Source: Bacteroidales bacterium
GTDB taxonomy: Bacteria > Bacteroidota > Bacteroidia > Bacteroidales > FEN-979
Assembly: GCA_017882335.1 (NCBI GenBank)
Contig: JADGPR010000006.1
Location: 5,419-69,418 of the forward strand
DNA: 64,000 bases
Direction: 5' to 3'
Below, one piece after another: positions 9,257 through 17,180 of the stretch. The translations under genes were made by a program, and so were the position numbers. The stretch's first letter is position 1; every line of letters starts with the position of its first letter. The notes under the pieces are model-generated. The model was not told the DNA's origin and made no database searches. It saw only the letters and a program-made list of their open reading frames with translations.

Positions 9257-10384
9257 ATGGAAATCTCAATCAAAAAGGTCGCCACACGGAAAGACCTCCG
9301 GAAGTTTATTAATTATCCTAATTCCCTATACAAAGGCAATAAATTCTTTTGCCCACCCATGCTCCTTGATGATAAGAATACTCTTTCGAGGACAAAAAAT
9401 CCTGCCTTCGATTTCTGTGAAGCTGAATATTTCCTCGCCTATCGCGGGAAAGACCTCGTCGGGCGGATTGCAGGGATCATCAATCATAAAGCCAACGAAC
9501 GATGGAAGGAGAAACTGGTGCGGTTCGGATGGATTGATTTTATTGATGATCCGCAGGTTTCAGCGAAACTGATCGATACTGTTATCGCATGGGGAAAGGA
9601 AAAAGGGATGAATGGCATCCATGGTCCGCTCGGGTTTTCCGATATGGATAACGAAGGGATGCTGATCAAAGGATTCGAAGAAGAAGCCAGCCTGGCATCC
9701 ATCTATAATTATGCGTATTATCCTGAACACATGGTACAGCTTGGCTTTGAAAAGGCAGCCGATTGGGTTCAGTACGAATTTGAGGTACCGCAGGAGATTC
9801 CGGATAAAGTGGATCGGGTATCGAAACTGGTCCAGGAGAAATATAAGTTGCGTTTAGTACAGGCAAAAAAATCCAAAGACCTCCTTCCTTATGCCGGAAA
9901 AATGTTTGTTATGCTGAACAAGGCTTTTGATGAACTCTACGGGTTTACGACCCTTTCGCAGAAACAGATGGACATGTATGTGAAGACTTACTTTAGCTTC
10001 ATCCGCCCGGAATATGTTTCTTGTGTGATCGATGAACAAGATGAAATTGTGGGCTTTGGTATCTCGATGCCATCCCTGACAAAGGCCCTGCAAAAAAGCC
10101 ACGGCAAATTATTCCCCTTCGGATTCATCTACTTACTCCGCGCCATGAAAAAGAATGATACGATCGACATGTATCTGAATGCCGTCAGGCCTGATTATCA
10201 TGGGAAAGGTATAAATGCCCTCTATTATAATGAAATGCATAAAGCATACATCCGCAATCATATCACCCGTGCCGTAACCATGCCTCAGCTGGAAGACAAT
10301 GCCAAAGCGCTTACCATCTGGAAAAATTTTAATGGCCGCCAGCACATTACCCGGCGTTGCTGGATAAAGCATTTTGAACATTGA
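9257..10384 (+). CDS. double-GNAT-fold acyltransferase-like protein (paralog A)
   Basis: 375 aa. A GNAT acyl-CoA-binding signature lies near the C-terminus (VRPDYHGKGINALYYNEM). The protein aligns end to end with the 11443-12582 product. Confidence 0.55.
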   Translation: MEISIKKVATRKDLRKFINYPNSLYKGNKFFCPPMLLDDKNTLSRTKNPAFDFCEAEYFLAYRGKDLVGRIAGIINHKANERWKEKLVRFGWIDFIDDPQVSAKLIDTVIAWGKEKGMNGIHGPLGFSDMDNEGMLIKGFEEEASLASIYNYAYYPEHMVQLGFEKAADWVQYEFEVPQEIPDKVDRVSKLVQEKYKLRLVQAKKSKDLLPYAGKMFVMLNKAFDELYGFTTLSQKQMDMYVKTYFSFIRPEYVSCVIDEQDEIVGFGISMPSLTKALQKSHGKLFPFGFIYLLRAMKKNDTIDMYLNAVRPDYHGKGINALYYNEMHKAYIRNHITRAVTMPQLEDNAKALTIWKNFNGRQHITRRCWIKHFEH

Positions 10385-10438
10385 AAAATAGGTGTTTGCA
10401 GTATCTTGCAGGACCTGCGGAATAGAATTACGATAAAC

Positions 10439-11443
10439 ATGGGAAATGTACTGATCACCGGTGCCAGTGGTTTCATTGGCAGTTTTCTGGTTGAAGAGGG
10501 ACTGAAAAGGGATTACCATGTATATGCCGGTATCCGAAAGACCAGTTCCAGGAAATACCTCAAGGATCCCCGGATCCACTTTTTGGAAATGGACTTTTCT
10601 TCCGTGGATACAATCGTAGCAACTCTTGAAGAATGTAAAAACCAGGGTATCCGGTTTCAATATATCATCCACAGCGCCGGGATTACCAAAGCCGGAAAGA
10701 AAGAGGATTATTTCAGGGTAAACGCACAAAACACACAGAATTTCATCCAGGCACTGGCAAAGACCGGCATGGTACCGGAAAAATTTATTTATATGAGCAG
10801 CCTGGCTGCGCATGGTCCGGGCGATCCTGCAACCATGCTCCCGGTCATGCTCTCTGATACTCCTAAACCCATTGAATTGTACGGTAAAAGCAAACTGGAG
10901 GCTGAAAAGTACATCCTGTCACTGGATTCTTTCCCCTGGTTGATTCTCCGTCCCACCGGTGTTTATGGCCCCCGGGAAAAAGACTATTATATTTTTTTTA
11001 AAACCATGAGCCGCGGACTGGAAACCTACATTGGATACCGGCAGCAGATCCTTACTTTCATATATGTAAAGGATTTGGTTCGGTTGATCTTTGATGCACT
11101 GATATCTCCCATTGTCATGAGATCCTATTTTGTTTCCGATGGCAGGGAATACGATACCAAAACCTTTGCCGCCATCACCAAAAAGATCCTTCAGAAAAAA
11201 ACCATAAAAATAACAGTCCCTTCGGTTATTGTAAAGCAACTTGCATTCGGACTCGAAAAATTATTCGGACTATGGGGTACCATTCCCACATTGAATACCG
11301 ATAAATACAAGGTTTTGAGGAGTACCAACTGGCGCTGCGAAACGGAACCTTTGCAGCGTGACTTCGGGTTCATTGCCGAATATGATCTGGAAAAAGGCAT
11401 CAGCGAGACAATCAATTGGTACAAAACTGAACATTGGCTATAA
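10439..11443 (+). CDS. NAD(P)-dependent SDR (epimerase/dehydratase-type) reductase
   Basis: Rossmann motif ITGASGFIGSFLV and catalytic YGKSK (YxxxK). I prefer the ATG at 10439. Its stop overlaps the next start (TAATG). Confidence 0.75.
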   Translation: MGNVLITGASGFIGSFLVEEGLKRDYHVYAGIRKTSSRKYLKDPRIHFLEMDFSSVDTIVATLEECKNQGIRFQYIIHSAGITKAGKKEDYFRVNAQNTQNFIQALAKTGMVPEKFIYMSSLAAHGPGDPATMLPVMLSDTPKPIELYGKSKLEAEKYILSLDSFPWLILRPTGVYGPREKDYYIFFKTMSRGLETYIGYRQQILTFIYVKDLVRLIFDALISPIVMRSYFVSDGREYDTKTFAAITKKILQKKTIKITVPSVIVKQLAFGLEKLFGLWGTIPTLNTDKYKVLRSTNWRCETEPLQRDFGFIAEYDLEKGISETINWYKTEHWL

Positions 11444-12582
11444 TGGATACAGAAATTCATAAAGTCACTTCCCGTAAGGAACTGAAAAAGTTCATCCGGT
11501 TTCAGCTGGAGTTATATAAAGGAAATTCCTACTGGTGTCCTCCCCTGATCTTTGATGAACTGAACACGCTCTCCAAAGACCAGAATCCGGCATTCGAATA
11601 TTGTGAAGCCGAATACTGGCTAGCTTACCGGGATAACAAAATTGTAGGCAGGATCGCGGGTATCATCAATAACAGGGCCAACAAGCGGTGGAATGAAAAT
11701 TTTGTACGATTCGGATGGATCGATTTTATCGATGACCTTGAAGTTTCGACAAAACTCATTGAAACGGTGGCTGAATGGGGTAGGAGCAAAGGGATGACCA
11801 GGATACAGGGGCCACTGGGTTTTACCGATATGGACCCGGAAGGAATGCTGATCGAAGGCTTTGAAGAACTTTCAAGCCTGGCTGCGATCTACAATTACCC
11901 CTATTACCCGGAGCACATGGTTAACCTTGGATTTGCGAAAGGCGCCGATTGGGTGCATTTCATTATGAATGTTCCCCCGGTAATCCCCGAAAAGGTTTCC
12001 CGCTCAGCAGCGATTGCAAAGGAAAAATATCATCTCCGGACGGTACCGGCAAAAAAAGCAAAAGATTTTCTCCCTTACACAAAAAAAATGTTCCGGATGA
12101 TGAACGAGGCATTCGACGACCTATACGGCTACGCAGCCATCGGTGAAAAACAAATTGACCTCTATACCAAACAATATTTTGGATTTATCCGGCCAGAATA
12201 TATTTCAATGGTTATCGACGACAAGGATGATGTCATTGCCTTTGGCATTACGATACCGGACCTGACGCATGCACTTCAGAAATGTAACGGAAGGCTTTTT
12301 CCATTCGGATTTATTCATCTATACCGTGCCTTGAAAAAGAATGATACCATTCACATGTACCTGATCGGCGTTCGCCCCGATTACCAAGGAAGAGGAGCTC
12401 TTGCCCTGGTCTATGATGAACTACAAAAGGCTTATCTGGAGCATGGTATCGTCAAAGCAACTACGCATCCACAACTGGAGAATAACCTGAAAGCCATTTC
12501 GATTTGGAAGAATTATGATTCCCGGATCTATTTACGTCGCCGTTGTTGGGAGAAACAGTTTCAGGGCCTTCCTGTTACCTGA
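11443..12582 (+). CDS. double-GNAT-fold acyltransferase-like protein (paralog B)
   Basis: About 380 aa. By eye, more than half of aligned positions match paralog A (e.g. NPAFEYCEAEYWLAYR..IVGRIAGIIN, VRFGWIDFIDD, GPLGFTDMD.EGML, VRPDYQGRGALALVY). Confidence 0.55.
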   Translation: MDTEIHKVTSRKELKKFIRFQLELYKGNSYWCPPLIFDELNTLSKDQNPAFEYCEAEYWLAYRDNKIVGRIAGIINNRANKRWNENFVRFGWIDFIDDLEVSTKLIETVAEWGRSKGMTRIQGPLGFTDMDPEGMLIEGFEELSSLAAIYNYPYYPEHMVNLGFAKGADWVHFIMNVPPVIPEKVSRSAAIAKEKYHLRTVPAKKAKDFLPYTKKMFRMMNEAFDDLYGYAAIGEKQIDLYTKQYFGFIRPEYISMVIDDKDDVIAFGITIPDLTHALQKCNGRLFPFGFIHLYRALKKNDTIHMYLIGVRPDYQGRGALALVYDELQKAYLEHGIVKATTHPQLENNLKAISIWKNYDSRIYLRRRCWEKQFQGLPVT

Positions 12583-12634
12583 TAATCCAATTATTAATTG
12601 CTGAAAGGATAGTTTTCTATTTCCTATAAAAAGC

Positions 12635-12677
12635 TTCTCGCTGATCTTCGCAGATTTAACGCGGATTTCCGCAGAAG
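12635..12677. repeat. CGCAGAT-word repeat element (copy without hairpin)
   Basis: The sequence ttctcgctgatcttcgcagatttaacgcggatttccgcagaag shares its left and right parts with 16262-16328 and, in reverse complement, with 16379-16423. Confidence 0.75.
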
Positions 12678-12749
12678 TGGTTAAAAATATTAATGTAAAG
12701 GATTAACTTAAGGATCGGGAAAGGTGACAAAAAAAATTAACATATCGCA

Positions 12750-12971
12750 TCAGTATTCATCCTCGTGAAAGAAAAAGTCATCTTTTGTTGGATAATCAGG
12801 CCATATATCCTCAATGCGCTCATAGGTTTCGCCTTCATCTTCGATCTCCCTTAAATTCTCGATCACTTCCTGAGGGGCGCCGGAACGGATAGCCCAGTCA
12901 ATAAGCTCATCTTTGGTTGCAGGCCAAGGGGCATCCTCCAGTTTCGAAGCCAATTCTAATGTCCAGTACAT
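12750..12971 (-). CDS. DUF2795-like small acidic protein
   Basis: 73 aa, with ..WPATKDELIDWAIRSGAPQEVIENL.. typical of DUF2795. A TACTTTTG box lies 27 nt upstream. Confidence 0.6.
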   Translation of the reverse strand: MYWTLELASKLEDAPWPATKDELIDWAIRSGAPQEVIENLREIEDEGETYERIEDIWPDYPTKDDFFFHEDEY

Positions 12972-12997
12972 GGGATAAGTGCTATATGAATTTTTTG

Positions 12998-13005
12998 CAA
13001 AAGTA
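12998..13005 (-). promoter_or_regulatory. -7 promoter box upstream of the DUF2795 gene
   Basis: The minus strand reads TACTTTTG, 27 nt upstream of the start at 12971. Confidence 0.4.
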
Positions 13006-13044
13006 TAAAAAAAACATTCAATAAGTCACCCGTTGTTTTTTTGT

Positions 13045-13605
13045 TTAATGTAAAGGATCCCAAAGCGTTTCATCTGCACCTGCATCCTTCCCGGTTTTCC
13101 GGGCAAGAACGAACAGATAATCTGATAAACGGTTCAGGTACCTGATTATTATCTCTTCGGCCGGGTTTGTTGTGGAGAGTCTTATCACTGCTCGTTCTGC
13201 GCGACGGCAAACGGTGCGGGCGACATGGCATAAGGAAGAGGGAGCACAACCTCCGGGAAGGATAAAATGAGAAAGTTCTTTAAGGGATTTATTCATTTCA
13301 TCGATCTCATTTTCAAGAAAAAGAATTTCTTCTTCCTGGAAAAGTGGGAGAGAAGTGTGCTTTAGATTTGGATCTGCCGCGATCCTGGCTTCGGCAACAA
13401 AAAGGTTTTCCTGGATCCTGAGCAGTACCTGCGGGTAATATTCTCCGATCGGCTGGTCGCGGAGCAGGCCGAGAAAAGAGTTCAGTTCATCAATGGTCCC
13501 GTATGCATCGACCCGGTCGTTGCTTTTAGAAACACGGGTTCCTCCCAGCAGGGAGGTTTTTCCGAGGTCACCTGTCTTGGTATAGATTTTCCGTTTTTCA
13601 GGCAT
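13045..13605 (-). CDS. ATP:cob(I)alamin adenosyltransferase, PduO type
   Basis: Motifs IYTKTGDLGKTSLLGG.RVSK and VDAYGTIDELNS, length 186 aa. Confidence 0.85.
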   Translation of the reverse strand: MPEKRKIYTKTGDLGKTSLLGGTRVSKSNDRVDAYGTIDELNSFLGLLRDQPIGEYYPQVLLRIQENLFVAEARIAADPNLKHTSLPLFQEEEILFLENEIDEMNKSLKELSHFILPGGCAPSSLCHVARTVCRRAERAVIRLSTTNPAEEIIIRYLNRLSDYLFVLARKTGKDAGADETLWDPLH

Positions 13606-13650
13606 CTGTTCGATATTCGCTGTTCGCTCTTCGCTGTTAGTTGTTCACTG
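13606..13650. repeat. (CGCTGTT)n-type heptamer array immediately 5' of the adenosyltransferase start codon
   Basis: The units are cgatatt cgctgtt cgctctt cgctgtt agttgtt. The same unit occurs at 44856-44876. Confidence 0.8.
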
Positions 13651-13705
13651 AAAAATCATTTGTTGTTCTCTTTTTTCTTTCTTCCCGCAAATTTAAAAAA
13701 AAATA

Positions 13706-14449
13706 TTACAGGATGGACTTGTAATGATTCCGGATCCTCATCAGGTCGTACAAAACCCTGAACCCATAAGTCCAGCTTATCTTCGACCCTCCCTTGTCAA
13801 TCCATGATTCCACCGGGACTTCCACCACAACTTCCTCAATTCCATCCCTGCCATATATCCCGATAATCCTCGCCAGGATTTCAACATCAAATAGCCATCG
13901 GGTTATGAAAGGTTTTTCAAATATACGGGCTGCCAGCGGTTGTGTGAATAGTTTTGCCCCGCATTGTGTGTCATATACCATCAGGTGAAGAATGCCGGAG
14001 ATGAAGGTGGCGATTATCCTGCCGATGAGGTGACGGTAAAGTTTCCGTTCGATCCTGACGCCAAGAATGGCAACCCGCGACCCGAATGCGAATTCAAGTG
14101 TAGGTTTTTCCTGTATGCGGGAACGCAACCGGAAGGATTCATCCAGCCGGGTTGAAAGATCCGCATCAAAAAAACCGAAATACCTGCATGTAAAATGCTG
14201 CAAGGCTGAAATCATCCCGGCTTGAATGGCTCCGGCCTTTCCTTTGTTTTGAAGTAAAGTAGTCACAAGGATACGGCCAGCGAATTTTTCATGAAGGGAT
14301 TCGAGCATTTTTTCCGTGTCATCGGTACTTCCGTCATTAACCAGGCAAAATGAAGTTTCCGGATCTTTTTGGAGAAATTCCAGGAATTCATCCACCGGAA
14401 ACCTGTTGGCTTCATTATAAAAAGGAATGATGATACAAATTGAATTCAT
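13706..14449 (-). CDS. family-2 glycosyltransferase (polyprenyl-phosphate sugar synthase-like)
   Basis: Motifs IIIPFYNE, NDGSTDDT, and DxD (FFDADL). 247 aa with no transmembrane tail. Confidence 0.75.
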   Translation of the reverse strand: MNSICIIIPFYNEANRFPVDEFLEFLQKDPETSFCLVNDGSTDDTEKMLESLHEKFAGRILVTTLLQNKGKAGAIQAGMISALQHFTCRYFGFFDADLSTRLDESFRLRSRIQEKPTLEFAFGSRVAILGVRIERKLYRHLIGRIIATFISGILHLMVYDTQCGAKLFTQPLAARIFEKPFITRWLFDVEILARIIGIYGRDGIEEVVVEVPVESWIDKGGSKISWTYGFRVLYDLMRIRNHYKSIL

Positions 14450-14459
14450 GGTTATCCTT

Positions 14460-16016
14460 TTAATGCAGTTTCCAGGCAGAACAGATCTCGCTGTTCTGTA
14501 TGGTTATGGAAAATATTTTTTTCTCCTTCGGATACGGATAATCCCATGGATGCCAACGGTAATCGGTGATAAAATAATCCGCCTGGTCATCGGCTTCCAC
14601 ATATAGGATCCGCTTCCTGTCTTCTGGTTTCAGGATGTACGAATTAAACTCGCCGGGCAGGTTGGCAACCTTGATTTTCAGTATAGGTGAACGGTCACGA
14701 GCAACAATATATTCCAGTGCCTGCTTGTAAGAAGTACCCCAGTAGTCGAGTTCAAATGTTTTCCGCAGGTACTGGTCCTTCTTCGATAATAAAATATTGA
14801 AGTAAATATCCTCAAACGGATGACTTTTTATCATGGTAAATCCGGTGCCGGCAAAGGAAACGATCAACAACATTGAAATCGCCACTTTCGGCAGGTCACC
14901 TGAGAAAATCCTGGCATTCATAAGGGATGATAAGCCATAGACTGCAAGAAGAAGGAAAGCCGGGTAAATAAAATACATCTGCCTCCATCCGTCATACAAC
15001 ACGGAATGCAGTATGATTACAGCCATAACAGGTCCTGCGAAACATATCAGGTAGATCAGTTGATTACGATCATTCGTTTGCCTGATAAAATCAAGAGGCT
15101 TCCTGAAAAAGCGAAGGAAAAGGAAGATGAAACCTGCTATTCCAAGCAGCAGGTAAACAACCGGAGTCGTCAGTCCGAACCATTGCGGGAAGTATTTCCA
15201 GCCAACAGCGGAAGCCCTTACAAAATCCCCATTCATCAGGATATTATTGTCCCACCTGAATTTCGACATATTTGAAAAAGCGATCCTGAAATGCCCTGCA
15301 GGATCTTGCCATAACCAGGGCCAGCTTAGAACCACCACAGTGGCAGTCAGAACAAGATAAACTATGTAATTTATGAACGTTTTTTCCCGGTCCTGTTCAC
15401 TGATCATATCGATTAGTACCAATACAGTCACCACAACCGGGATTACAATTCCCATGATCCGGATATTGATCAGAAGGCCGCTCAGGATCCCGAAAAGAAC
15501 AAAATGCCGGATTTTTTTATCCCGGAAGGCAATGACACAGACCAGGAAACAGAGGATGAACATGCACATAAAGGGAATGTCCTTGCTGTTAAAGAAGGAT
15601 TGGGCATAGATCCTCGGGCTGAGCAAAAGCATGAGATAGCCGCATACGGCAAGAGGTTTATTCCGGTAAAGAATCCAAATCAGAAGATAGAATGCAAAAG
15701 CACTCAAAAGGAACAAAAGATGGATGGTAAAATGACGCATCCGATAAATGTCATGGGTATCATTCATCCCAAGTGTTTTTTCGAAAAAGATCAATGGGAG
15801 TTCAACAGCCACGCCATAGTCCCGGTTTTTGAAATCATTCAGCGTTTTATCTCCCCTGAAAACGTAATCCCAGGATCGCTGGCCGATCTCCCGTTGGTTC
15901 GGTTCATCCCATGCGATCCCGTAATTCCCGTAAACAACGAATCCAATTACAAGGCTTGTAACAAGCAGGAGTAAGGCTACCAGGTGATTCTTCAAGAACG
16001 GAATAATAATTTTCAT
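14460..16016 (-). CDS. polytopic membrane glycosyltransferase, GT39/ArnT-PMT-like (GT-C fold)
   Basis: 518 aa with at least 10 hydrophobic spans, an N-terminal loop with an acidic motif (AWDEPNQREIG), and a soluble C-terminal domain. It is adjacent to the GT2 gene. Confidence 0.6.
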   Translation of the reverse strand: MKIIIPFLKNHLVALLLLVTSLVIGFVVYGNYGIAWDEPNQREIGQRSWDYVFRGDKTLNDFKNRDYGVAVELPLIFFEKTLGMNDTHDIYRMRHFTIHLLFLLSAFAFYLLIWILYRNKPLAVCGYLMLLLSPRIYAQSFFNSKDIPFMCMFILCFLVCVIAFRDKKIRHFVLFGILSGLLINIRIMGIVIPVVVTVLVLIDMISEQDREKTFINYIVYLVLTATVVVLSWPWLWQDPAGHFRIAFSNMSKFRWDNNILMNGDFVRASAVGWKYFPQWFGLTTPVVYLLLGIAGFIFLFLRFFRKPLDFIRQTNDRNQLIYLICFAGPVMAVIILHSVLYDGWRQMYFIYPAFLLLAVYGLSSLMNARIFSGDLPKVAISMLLIVSFAGTGFTMIKSHPFEDIYFNILLSKKDQYLRKTFELDYWGTSYKQALEYIVARDRSPILKIKVANLPGEFNSYILKPEDRKRILYVEADDQADYFITDYRWHPWDYPYPKEKKIFSITIQNSEICSAWKLH

Positions 16017-16058
16017 TTGTCTTGGATTAGCCTCACGCGCTTTTCTGATAAATTTTTA

Positions 16059-16136
16059 ACCACAATAGGCACAATAGGTCACATTAGGTTTGAACAAGTT
16101 TGTTACTCTATTGTGTTCTAATGTGACTATGTGGTG
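16059..16136. repeat. inverted arrays of 9-10-nt tandem repeats (CACAATAGG x2, TCACATTAGG / complement x3) forming a long imperfect hairpin
   Basis: The sequence is accacaataggcacaataggtcacattagg-(18 nt)-ctctattgtgttctaatgtgactatgtggt. Confidence 0.75.
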
Positions 16137-16261
16137 AATATCTTTTGAATTCAGGCGGAAAATTAAGAAAAATAGTTGAGAATCGAGTTTCTCCTCCTCG
16201 GCATTAATGCTTCCTTGATTCCCACTATTTTGTTACAGGTATTATAAGTAATTCCAATTTA

Positions 16262-16423
16262 TTATTTCTCGCAGATCAACGCAGATTTATCGCAAACCTG
16301 CCTGCCGGTAGGCTGGTTTCCGCAGAAGAGATATCGATTTTTAATTAAAACAAATGCTAAATTATCAAATCAGAAGGTGTTCTGCGTTAATCAGCTCTTA
16401 ATTTGCGAAAATCAGCGAGAACG
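16262..16423. repeat. MITE-like composite: CGCAGAT-word repeat with embedded GC hairpin, bounded by imperfect inverted TTCTCGC(W)GAT termini
   Basis: The left end is tttctcgcagatcaacgcagatttatcgcaaa. Then comes CCTGCCTGCCGGTAGGCTGG, then tttccgcagaag. The reverse complement of the right end (16379-16423) is cgttctcgctgattttcgcaaat... Confidence 0.6.
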
Positions 16424-16448
16424 AATTTCATGTTACCTGTTTTTGAAT

Positions 16449-16456
16449 TAGATTTG
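16449..16456 (+). promoter_or_regulatory. -7 promoter box upstream of 16473 ORF
   Basis: TAGATTTG, 17 nt upstream of the ATG. Confidence 0.4.
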
Positions 16457-16472
16457 TATAAAAAATAAAACT

Positions 16473-16997
16473 ATGGAAGTGTTTCTTTTTTCTCTTCTGA
16501 AGATCATTGTAGCCGTGGGGTTCTTATTGGTTTCCGCCCTGGTCGTTCTTCGTTATTATTTTTCACATAAAAAACAGCCTGTCCAATTACAGGCGCAAGG
16601 GGAAGAACAGAGGATCATCCTTCCTTTGCGGTTACAAGCTTGTGAACGCATCGTCCTTTTTCTTGACCGGATCGCCGTGAACAACCTCATTATGCGGATC
16701 AACCGGCCGGAAATGAATGTCCTTCAGTTCCAGGCGGCACTGGTTGGAGCCATCCGTGAGGAATTTGAGTACAATCTGTCCCAACAACTTTACCTCCCAT
16801 CCAAAGCCTGGGGATTGGTCAGAAATGCGAAAGAAGAAACCATTCGGCTGATCAATACCGCATCTATGAAAATACCCGAAAATGCCCCTTCATCCGAGAT
16901 GGTGAGGGTATTGCTGGAACTGGTTCTCGCAGAGGAAAAACCCGCTGTGGATATTGCACTTGAAGAAGTAAAACGGGAGATACAGAAAACTTTTTAA
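16473..16997 (+). CDS. hypothetical protein with N-terminal membrane anchor
   Basis: 174 aa with one N-terminal transmembrane span followed by a helical soluble domain. A TAGATTTG box lies 17 nt upstream. Confidence 0.5.
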   Translation: MEVFLFSLLKIIVAVGFLLVSALVVLRYYFSHKKQPVQLQAQGEEQRIILPLRLQACERIVLFLDRIAVNNLIMRINRPEMNVLQFQAALVGAIREEFEYNLSQQLYLPSKAWGLVRNAKEETIRLINTASMKIPENAPSSEMVRVLLELVLAEEKPAVDIALEEVKREIQKTF

Positions 16998-17073
16998 TTT
17001 TGAATTATGAGTTTGAATTATGAGATATGAATCCTTCATAATTCAAATTTCCAGATTCATAATTCATAATTAC
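16998..17073. terminator. AT-rich hairpin built from tandem 13-mers/heptamers between convergent genes (possible terminator)
   Basis: tttgaattatga (17012-23) pairs perfectly with tcataattcaaa (17036-47), giving a 12-bp stem and 12-nt loop. It is flanked by a second tttgaattatgag copy and (attcata)2. Confidence 0.45.
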
Positions 17074-17180
17074 AAAAAAATCACTTTCCCTTCCTGAATC
17101 GTTGCTTTTCAGCAGGCGTCATCTTTTCGGTAGCATACTGAAAAATCAGCCTGGGTGCACTGTTTTTCAATATTCGTACT

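Noticed and set aside
7124-10813. Minus-strand ORFs 7124-7711, 8075-8707 and 10133-10813
   Set aside because: They are antisense to iorA/iorB, the SPT-like gene and the GNAT/SDR genes, all of which carry clear catalytic motifs. They are treated as non-coding shadow frames.
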